Position numbers and translations under genes: made by a program. A DNA stretch of 64,000 nt from Steroidobacteraceae bacterium (GTDB lineage: Bacteria > Pseudomonadota > Gammaproteobacteria > Steroidobacterales > Steroidobacteraceae). Below, one piece after another: positions 1-6,400 of this stretch; position 1 is the stretch's first letter, and each line of letters starts with the position of its first letter. The notes under the pieces were generated by a model that did not search any database, had not been told where the DNA came from, and saw nothing but the letters and a program-made list of their open reading frames with translations. The DNA is taken from positions 10,792 to 74,791 of the forward strand of contig DATKOP010000044.1 in assembly GCA_035524595.1 (NCBI GenBank). The letters run 5' to 3'.

Positions 1-85
1 GATCCCGGAGAAGACCGTGAAGTCGCGCCTCTACAGCGCCCGGCAGCTGCTGCGCACGGACCTCGCCGCGCACGGAGCGCCCTGA
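1..85 (+). CDS. ECF-type sigma-70 family sigma factor, C-terminal fragment (5' end outside the window)
   Basis: Reading from nt 2 gives IPEKTVKSRLYSARQLLRTDLAAHGAP*, the region-4.2 HTH tail typical of ECF sigma factors. TGA 83-85 lies 1 nt before the ATG (87) of an anti-sigma-like gene. Confidence 0.75.
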   Translation, partial: IPEKTVKSRLYSARQLLRTDLAAHGAP

Positions 86-86
86 G

Positions 87-764
87 ATGGCGACCCCGGC
101 CGAGCTCGAGCTGCTCAACGCCGAGATCGACGGCGAGCTCGACGACCGGCAGCGCGCCGAGCTCGCACGGGCGCTGCTCGCCGACCCGCAGCTGCGGGCG
201 CTGCGCGAGGACCTGCGGCGGCTGTGCGCGGCGCTCGACGCGGTGCCGGCCCGCGAGCCGCCGGCGCAGCTGCGCGAGCAGATCCTTGCTGCGGTGCCGC
301 AGGACGCCGCCAGGGGCGCGGCGCCCGGGTGGTCGGCGCAGATGCTGCGCCGCGCCGCCGTGATCGCGGCGGTGGTGGCGGCCGGCAGCGTCGTCTACGC
401 GATCGTCGGCGGCGGCCGCCCGCCCGCCACGGAGCTCGCCGGGACGCTGGCGGGGAGGCAGGGCGCCGGGATCCTCGATGCGGTCAAGCTGCAGAGCGGG
501 CCGGTCACCGGCCGCGTCAGCCTCGCCCGCACCGCCGCGGGCCTCGAGCTCGACGGCGAACTCGTGGCCAGCGCGCCGCTCGACGTCGTCGTCACGCGCG
601 GCGAGCAGACGCTGCGGCTGCCGGCGGTCGGCGCGAGCACCGGTGCGCAGTTCGCGCTGGCGCTGCCCGGCGCCGCGGCCCCCGGCCAGGCGGTGGCGCT
701 CAGCTTCCTGATGGACGGCCGCGAGGTCGCCACGGCGACCCTGCGGGTGCCCGAATCGCGGTGA
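87..764 (+). CDS. anti-sigma factor, single-pass membrane protein
   Basis: 225-aa ORF coupled to the sigma gene. N-terminal helical 'ELELLNAEIDGELDDRQRAELARALLADPQLRALREDLRRL' domain, one TM helix (AAVIAAVVAAGSVVYAIV) and a periplasmic tail of about 110 aa. Confidence 0.8.
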   Translation: MATPAELELLNAEIDGELDDRQRAELARALLADPQLRALREDLRRLCAALDAVPAREPPAQLREQILAAVPQDAARGAAPGWSAQMLRRAAVIAAVVAAGSVVYAIVGGGRPPATELAGTLAGRQGAGILDAVKLQSGPVTGRVSLARTAAGLELDGELVASAPLDVVVTRGEQTLRLPAVGASTGAQFALALPGAAAPGQAVALSFLMDGREVATATLRVPESR

Positions 765-825
765 ACGAGGATTTGTTCGGGTGGCGACCAACTTTTTGCG
801 ACGGACGTGGTATTTCTGGTGAATA

Positions 826-849
826 GGAACTATTCCGTGGTGTCTCGAC
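826..849 (+). promoter_or_regulatory. candidate ECF-type promoter (GGAAC-N15-CGAC)
   Basis: GGAAC at 826-830 and CGAC at 846-849, in the relatively AT-rich spacer just upstream of the RBS GGGAGG (858-863) and ATG 868. Spacing is one nt shorter than the usual 16-17, and the leader would be very short. Confidence 0.3.
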
Positions 850-867
850 AGACCTCTGGGAGGATTC

Positions 868-1266
868 ATGGCTAGCAAGACTGTGTTGATTGCGGCAGCG
901 GTCGTGGTGGCGCTCGGCGCCGTCGCGTACCTGAGCTACAACTCCGCACCGGCGGGCAAGGACGCGGCCGGCACCATCGTCGAGGCGAAGCGCGCCCGGG
1001 CCGACGGCGCCAACGCCTCGGCGACCGCGCCCGCACCGACGGCGAGCGCGACCGACGCGAACGCGGCGGCCGAGGCGGCGAAGGGCAAGGCGGCGGCGGA
1101 TGCGGCGGCGGCGGCGGACGCGGCGGCGGCGGCCGGCTCGGGCGGTAATGGCGCCCGGTCCAACAACAAGGCCAACAACGGCAACAACAACGCCAACAAC
1201 GCGAACAAGGCCAACAACGCCAACAACGCCAACAACGCGAACAACGCCAACAACGCCAACAACTAG
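868..1266 (+). CDS. small membrane-anchored protein with Ala-rich linker and Asn-Asn-Ala repeat C-terminus (no recognisable family)
   Basis: ATG 868 preceded by GGGAGG. N-terminal TM anchor (VLIAAAVVVALGAVAYL), Ala-rich low-complexity linker, C-terminal SNNKANNGNNNANNANKANNANNANNANNANNANN. Followed by a strong hairpin terminator. Confidence 0.65.
   Translation: MASKTVLIAAAVVVALGAVAYLSYNSAPAGKDAAGTIVEAKRARADGANASATAPAPTASATDANAAAEAAKGKAAADAAAAADAAAAAGSGGNGARSNNKANNGNNNANNANKANNANNANNANNANNANN
1162..1263 (+). repeat. in-frame tandem 9-bp AAC-AAC-GCN (Asn-Asn-Ala) codon repeat
   Basis: Eleven or so consecutive 9-bp units (aacaacgcc / aacaaggcc / aacaacggc variants) run to the stop codon of the 868-1266 ORF. 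The A-rich codons are conspicuous in a genome that is otherwise GC3-saturated. Confidence 0.9.
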
Positions 1267-1308
1267 ACCGGCCGGCGCCGCCCGAGGCGGCGGCACGGCA
1301 GGCAACAG

Positions 1309-1344
1309 AGCGGCCCGCGCTCCAAAGGGCGGGCCGCTGTTTCC
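1309..1344 (+). terminator. Rho-independent-type terminator hairpin
   Basis: Perfect 10-bp stem AGCGGCCCGC (1309-1318) / GCGGGCCGCT (1329-1338) with a 10-nt loop, followed by GTTTCC. Lies 43 nt after the stop of the 868-1266 ORF. Confidence 0.6.
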
Positions 1345-1458
1345 CCGGGGACCAGCAGCGACGGGCACTGTCTGCGGCAGTTCTCCATACCACGCCGGCG
1401 CGAGCCGGCCGCGGCGGCGGCGCGGCCGGGAGTCCTGCTGTGCGCGGGCGCCGCGCTC

Positions 1459-4389
1459 GTGGCCGCGCTCGGCGTCGCGGCCGCGGCCCGTGCCGACCTC
1501 AAGTTCGTCGAGACCGACGAGCTTCGGCTCGTGTACCCGGACCCGGGCGCGACCTACCTGGTGCCGCACGCGACGCAGAGCTTCCTCGCGGGTCTCGCCG
1601 CCGAGCGGCGCCTCTTCGACTACGTGCCGGACGGGCGCGTCAACGTGCTGCTGCAGGACTTCAGCGACCGCGCCAACGCGAGCGCGATCGCGGCGCCGCG
1701 CAACCGGATCTTCTTCGACATCGCGCCGTCGAACGAGCCCTACGAGACCGTCTCGCCCGGCAACCGCTTCGACTGGACCGCGATGCACGAGCTGACGCAC
1801 CTCGCCCTCAACGACCGGGCGAGCCCCGCGGACGCGCGCTATCGCAGCCTGTTCCGCGGCAAGGTCGACGTCGACGCCGCCCATCCCGAGAGCCTCCTGT
1901 ACTACTACCTGACCGTGCCGCGCGCGACCGCGCCGCGCTGGTACCAGGAGGGCGGCGCGGTGTTCATGGAGACCTGGCTGAGCGGCGGCGTCGGCCGCGC
2001 GCAGGGCGGCTACGACGAGATGGTGTTCCGCGCGATGGTGCACGACGACGCCAGGTTCTACGACCCGCTCGGCCTCGTCTCCAAGGGCACCGAGATCGAC
2101 TTCAAGTCCGGCGGCAACGCCTACCTCTACGGCACGCGCTTCATGGACTACCTGGCGCTGACCTACGGCCCCGACCGGCTGCTCGCCTGGTGGCGCCGCG
2201 ATGACGGCAGCCGGCGCTACTACGCCGACCAGTTCCGGCAGGTGTTCGGCCTGCCGCTCGAGGAGTCCTGGCGCCAGTGGGTCGCCTTCGAGCACCGCTT
2301 CCAGCGGCAGAACCTCGAGGCGGTGCGCGCCCAGCCGCTCACGTCCTACCAGGACCTGACGCACCGCGACCTCGGCGCGATCTCGCGCGCCTTCCTGTCC
2401 GCGGACGGTGCGCGACTGTACGCGGCGGTCAAGTACCCGGGGCAGGTCGCGCACCTGGTCGCGATCGCGCGCGGCGACGGCGCGGTCACCGAGCTCAGGG
2501 AGATCAAGGGCGCGAGCGGCTACACGGTGACCTCGCTCGCCCACGACCCGGCGACGCAGACGCTCTTCTACACGACCAACAACGCGACCCACCGCAACCT
2601 CGAGGCCTTCGACCTGCGCTCGGGCCGCTCGCGGCTGCTGTTGCGCGCCGCGCGCATCGGCGACCTCGCCTTCAACGCCTCCGACCGGTCGCTGTGGGGC
2701 CTCAGGCTCAACAACGGCTTCGTGATGCTGGTGCGCATCCCGTACCCCTACGCCGAGTGGCAGACGCTCTACGTGTTCCCGGCCGGCGAGAAGGCCTTCG
2801 ACCTCGACCTGTCGGCCGATGGCGCGCTGGCGTCGCTGTCGGTGTCCGGCCCCGGCGCGACGCCGGGCGCGCCGCAGGTGACCCGCGTGCGGGTCTGGCG
2901 CGCCGAGGCGCTGGCCCGCGGCGAGGCGGCGCCGCTGCACGAGTTCGCGATGGGCAGCTCCGTGCCGGAGGGCTTCGTGTTCTCGCCCGACGGGCGCTGC
3001 CTGTACGGCAGCAGCTACTTCACCGGCGTCTCGAACATCTACCGCTACGACCTCGAGCGCGAGGCGCTCGATGCGGTCAGCAACGCGGAGATCGGCTTCT
3101 TCCGGCCGCTGCCGCTCGACGACACGCGCCTCATCGTGCTGCGCTACGCCGCCAAGGGCTTCGTGCCGACCGTGATCGAGGCGCGGCCGACCGAGGACCT
3201 GAGTGCGGTCACCTTCCTCGGCGAGCAGGTGTCGAGCCGCCATCCCGAGGTGCAGGACTGGGTCGCGACCGCGCCGACGACCATCGACGCCGAGCCCGAG
3301 GTCCGCCGCCGCGGCGCCTACCGGCCGCTCGGCGAACTGGCGCCGGAGTCGGTCATCCCGATGGTGCAGGGCTACAAGGACTCGGTGGCGCTCGGCGCCG
3401 CGGCGCGCTTCGGCGACCCGCTCGGCTTCGACTCGCTCGCGATCGAGGCGAGCTACAGCCCCGACCACGCGCTGCCCTCGAAGGAGCGCCTGCACTTCTC
3501 GGCCGACGCGCACCACGGCCGCTGGACCACCGGCGTCGCCTGGAACGGCGCCGACTTCTACGACCTGTTCGGTCCGACGAAGCGCAGCCGCGCCGGCTAC
3601 AATGGCTACGTCAGCTACGACCAGCCGCTCGTGTTCGACCCGCCGCAGTCGATGGACTTCCTGACCAAGGTCGCCTACTACGGCGACCTCGACGCGCTGC
3701 CGGGCTTCCAGAACGTGCCGTCGCCCTCGAAGAACCTGTTCACCGCCGACCTCGGCCTGGTCGGCATCGACACGCGCTACTCGGCCGGCGCCGTCGACGC
3801 CGAGACCGGCCACAGCTGGTCGGTCAACGCGCACGCCTACGGCGCCGCCGGCGAGCTGATCCCGAGCATCGCGGGAACCTTCGACGTCGGCTTCGCGCTG
3901 CCGCTCGACCATTCCTCGATCTGGCTGCGCAGCGGCGCGGCGCTGTCGGCGGGCGATCGCACCGACCCGCTCGCCAACTTCTACCTCGGCGGCTTCGGCA
4001 ACAACTACGTCGACAGCGGCGGCAACGGCGGCGCGCAGCGCTACCGCGACCTCCTGAGCATGCCGGGCTTCGAGCTCGACGCGCTCAACGGCCGCTCGCT
4101 CGTCAAGGCGACGCTGGAATGGTGCCTGCCGCCGCTGCGCTTCGAGGCGCTCGGCTCGCCCGGCTTCTACGTCAGCTGGGCGCGGCCGGAGCTGTTCGCG
4201 GGCCTGCTCGAGACCGACCCCGGCAGCCCGAGCTACCGGCGCGGCGCGCAGGACGTCGGCGCGCAGCTCGACTTCCAGCTGCACGTGATGCACCGGCTGC
4301 CGATGATGCTGTCGATCGGCGTGGCACGCGGCTTCGGCGGCGGCGGCGCCGGCACCAGCGAGTTCATGCTGTCGCTGCAGGTGCTGTGA
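1459..4389 (+). CDS. large secreted/outer-membrane protein: HExxH (Peptidase_MA-like) domain + PD40/TolB-like beta-propeller region + C-terminal beta-barrel-like (Omp85-like) region
   Basis: 976-aa ORF. Short hydrophobic N-terminus (AALGVAAAARA). Zinc motif 'MHELTHL' followed by 'WYQEGGAVFME'. Propeller-type repeats ('FVFSPDGRCLYGSS', 'LFYTTNN'). Last ~350 aa show alternating beta-strand patterning with 'NFYLGGFGNNYV...LSMPGFELDAL...'. The GTG start at 1459 is uncertain. Confidence 0.7.
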   Translation: MAALGVAAAARADLKFVETDELRLVYPDPGATYLVPHATQSFLAGLAAERRLFDYVPDGRVNVLLQDFSDRANASAIAAPRNRIFFDIAPSNEPYETVSPGNRFDWTAMHELTHLALNDRASPADARYRSLFRGKVDVDAAHPESLLYYYLTVPRATAPRWYQEGGAVFMETWLSGGVGRAQGGYDEMVFRAMVHDDARFYDPLGLVSKGTEIDFKSGGNAYLYGTRFMDYLALTYGPDRLLAWWRRDDGSRRYYADQFRQVFGLPLEESWRQWVAFEHRFQRQNLEAVRAQPLTSYQDLTHRDLGAISRAFLSADGARLYAAVKYPGQVAHLVAIARGDGAVTELREIKGASGYTVTSLAHDPATQTLFYTTNNATHRNLEAFDLRSGRSRLLLRAARIGDLAFNASDRSLWGLRLNNGFVMLVRIPYPYAEWQTLYVFPAGEKAFDLDLSADGALASLSVSGPGATPGAPQVTRVRVWRAEALARGEAAPLHEFAMGSSVPEGFVFSPDGRCLYGSSYFTGVSNIYRYDLEREALDAVSNAEIGFFRPLPLDDTRLIVLRYAAKGFVPTVIEARPTEDLSAVTFLGEQVSSRHPEVQDWVATAPTTIDAEPEVRRRGAYRPLGELAPESVIPMVQGYKDSVALGAAARFGDPLGFDSLAIEASYSPDHALPSKERLHFSADAHHGRWTTGVAWNGADFYDLFGPTKRSRAGYNGYVSYDQPLVFDPPQSMDFLTKVAYYGDLDALPGFQNVPSPSKNLFTADLGLVGIDTRYSAGAVDAETGHSWSVNAHAYGAAGELIPSIAGTFDVGFALPLDHSSIWLRSGAALSAGDRTDPLANFYLGGFGNNYVDSGGNGGAQRYRDLLSMPGFELDALNGRSLVKATLEWCLPPLRFEALGSPGFYVSWARPELFAGLLETDPGSPSYRRGAQDVGAQLDFQLHVMHRLPMMLSIGVARGFGGGGAGTSEFMLSLQVL

Positions 4390-4432
4390 TGGCGGCGCGG
4401 CGGCGGAGGCTCCGCTGAACACCGCGCTCCTC

Positions 4433-5431
4433 TTGCACGCGCCGATCGCGCTCGCACCGGTGGTGCTGTTCCTGCTCGGGCTCCTGCAGGGCGACAGCTA
4501 CAAGCTGCTGCGCCTGCGGACCGTGCTCGCGATCGGCGCCGCCGGCGTGCTCGCCGCCGGCGCCAGCTACCTCGTCAACGGCTACGCCTACGGCCGCTTC
4601 GCCGGCGACTTCGAGGCCTACGCGCGCTTCGTCTCGCCGTGGATCGAGGAGGCCCTCAAGGCCGCCTGCCTCGTGTTCCTGATCCGCACGCGCCGCGTCG
4701 GCCTCCCGGTCGATGCCGGCATCGCGGGCTTCGCGATCGGCACCGGCTTCGCGCTCGTCGAGAACCTCTACTACCTCGCCTCGCGCCCGGAGGCGACGCT
4801 CGCGGTGCAGGTGATCCGCGGCTTCGGCACGGCGATCATGCACGGCGGCACCGCGACCGTGCTCGCGATCATCTCGGTGACGCTCTACGAGCGGCGCCCG
4901 ACGGGCGGGCTGCAGCTGCTGCTGCCGGGCTTCCTGGCCGCGGTCGCGCTGCATTCCGGCTTCAACTTCCTGCTGCTGCGGCCGGCGCTCGCGACGCTGG
5001 CGATGCTGGTGGTGCTGCCGCTCGTGATCTATCTCGTGTTCCGCGAGAGCGAGCGCACGCTGCGCGCCTGGCTCGACACCGACCTCGATGCCAAGGTTGA
5101 GCTGCTCGGGCAGATCACCGGCGGCACCTTCCTCGACAGCCCTGCGGGCCGCTACCTCGGGTCGCTGCGCGACCGCTTCCGGGGCGAGGACCTCGCCGAC
5201 ATGCTCTGCTACCTGCGCCTGCACGGCGAGCTCGCGCTGCGGGCCAAGGGCGTGCTGCTGTTGCGCGAGAGCGGCATCGACGAGCCGCCGCTCGACCCCG
5301 AGACGGTCGACAAGCTCGCCGAGCTCGCCGCGCTCGAGCGGGCGATCGGACCGACCGGCGTCCTGGCACTGCGGCCGCTCGTGCTCGCGACCGGCAAGGA
5401 CCTCTGGCAGCTGACGCTGCTCGGCCGCTAG
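4433..5431 (+). CDS. prsW: PrsW-family intramembrane metalloprotease
   Basis: Polytopic membrane protein carrying the PrsW signature motifs 'WIEEALKA' (EExxK), 'FALVENLYY' and 'AIMHGGTATV'. C-terminal soluble extension of about 120 aa. Confidence 0.75.
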   Translation: MHAPIALAPVVLFLLGLLQGDSYKLLRLRTVLAIGAAGVLAAGASYLVNGYAYGRFAGDFEAYARFVSPWIEEALKAACLVFLIRTRRVGLPVDAGIAGFAIGTGFALVENLYYLASRPEATLAVQVIRGFGTAIMHGGTATVLAIISVTLYERRPTGGLQLLLPGFLAAVALHSGFNFLLLRPALATLAMLVVLPLVIYLVFRESERTLRAWLDTDLDAKVELLGQITGGTFLDSPAGRYLGSLRDRFRGEDLADMLCYLRLHGELALRAKGVLLLRESGIDEPPLDPETVDKLAELAALERAIGPTGVLALRPLVLATGKDLWQLTLLGR

Positions 5432-5563
5432 CCCGGAGGGCCGCAGGGGGGTGGGGCGGCGCGGGCGGCGCCTCGGGGGGAGGCGGCCGGCCGGTGCCGT
5501 CGGAGGGCTTTACAGCCGGGCGGCGGCCTCCAGAAACCACCAATATAATCAACGCATTGGGAT

Positions 5564-5580
5564 CTGGCATGGATCGTGCT
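5564..5580 (+). promoter_or_regulatory. candidate sigma-54 (-24/-12) promoter
   Basis: cTGGCATGgatcgTGCt versus consensus YTGGCACGrNNNTTGCW: GG and GC correctly spaced, two mismatches. About 60 nt upstream of the GTG of the PEP-CTERM gene. Confidence 0.45.
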
Positions 5581-5640
5581 TTGCATACCGGCAAGCAGCG
5601 CCGAGCGCCTGCATCTGGTCCTTCAAGGAGTAACGACGCA

Positions 5641-6309
5641 GTGCGAATTCACACCCGGGCCGCCCTCACCCTGATCCTGCTCGGCTGCGCCTCGCTGGCG
5701 CAGGCCGTCGCCATCACCTTCGCCGGCTGCGTGCCGGGCGACCTCAGCGGGCTCACGACCTGCCAGTCGAACGCGACGGTCGTCGACTTCAACAGTTCCA
5801 TCGGCGCTCTGCCGGGCGGCTACACGGGCACGGGCGGCGCCGGCGGCGTGGTCGTCGTCGGCTCGCTCGGCGGCCAGTTCGCGCAGCCGGGCGGCGCCGG
5901 CAGCGACCTGACCCCGTACCTGACGACGCCGACGCCCGGCAACAACGCGGTCGGCGAGGTGACGGCCACGATCGGCGGCAGCTACAACTACTTCGGCCTC
6001 TACTGGGGCTCGATGGACGCCTACAACACGCTCAGCTTCTACAACCAGGGCACGCTCATCGGCACGCTGACCGGCGCGCAGGTGATCGCGGCCGACACGG
6101 CACTCGGCAACCAGACCGCGGCCGGCTCGAACCAGTACGTGAACCTCTGGTTCGGCAGCCAGAGCTTCGACACCGTGGTGTTCGACTCGACGAACTTCGC
6201 CTTCGAGTCCGACAACCACGCCTATGCCCGGGTCCCGGAGCCGGCGACGCTCGGCCTGTTGGGCCTCGGGCTCGCGGCACTCGGCCTCGGCCGCCGCCGC
6301 CGGCGCTGA
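5641..6309 (+). CDS. PEP-CTERM sorting-domain secreted protein
   Basis: GTG 5641 lies 10 nt after AAGGAG (5625-5630). Signal peptide ending LAQA, Gly/Thr-rich body, C-terminal 'VPEPATLGLLGLGLAALGLGRRRRR' (PEP motif + TM + Arg cluster). Confidence 0.8.
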   Translation: MRIHTRAALTLILLGCASLAQAVAITFAGCVPGDLSGLTTCQSNATVVDFNSSIGALPGGYTGTGGAGGVVVVGSLGGQFAQPGGAGSDLTPYLTTPTPGNNAVGEVTATIGGSYNYFGLYWGSMDAYNTLSFYNQGTLIGTLTGAQVIAADTALGNQTAAGSNQYVNLWFGSQSFDTVVFDSTNFAFESDNHAYARVPEPATLGLLGLGLAALGLGRRRRR

Positions 6310-6328
6310 CCTGCACGCGGGCGCGCCC

Positions 6329-6358
6329 GCAGGACCCCGCGGTGCGGCGGGGTCCTGC
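6329..6358. terminator. bidirectional terminator-like hairpin between convergent genes
   Basis: Perfect 12-bp stem GCAGGACCCCGC (6329-6340) / GCGGGGTCCTGC (6347-6358) with a 6-nt loop, between the PEP-CTERM stop (6309) and the receptor stop (6401). Weak T tract (TTCA). Confidence 0.55.
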
Positions 6359-6400
6359 TTCATGGCGCCCGCGCGCGCCGGGGCGCGGCTGCGGCGCCGC

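Noticed and set aside
1162-1263. Regular short repeats considered as a CRISPR array or non-coding VNTR
   Set aside because: The unit is only 9 bp, contiguous without spacers, and exactly in frame with an ORF that has an RBS and a terminator. It is a coding Asn-Asn-Ala repeat, not a CRISPR.
700-4422. 1240-aa ORF on the minus strand spanning the anti-sigma end to the prsW start
   Set aside because: It is antisense to three sense genes that carry clear motifs (HExxH, propeller repeats, RBS/terminator structure). Its translation is dominated by Arg/Ala/Gly/Pro/Val with no domain signatures. This is a typical stop-codon-poor shadow frame of a very GC-rich genome.
5494-5640. Upstream extension of the PEP-CTERM ORF (track start 5494)
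   Set aside because: The extension is hydrophilic, non-signal sequence and would swallow the sigma-54-like promoter and the AAGGAG RBS. GTG 5641 gives a proper signal peptide directly.
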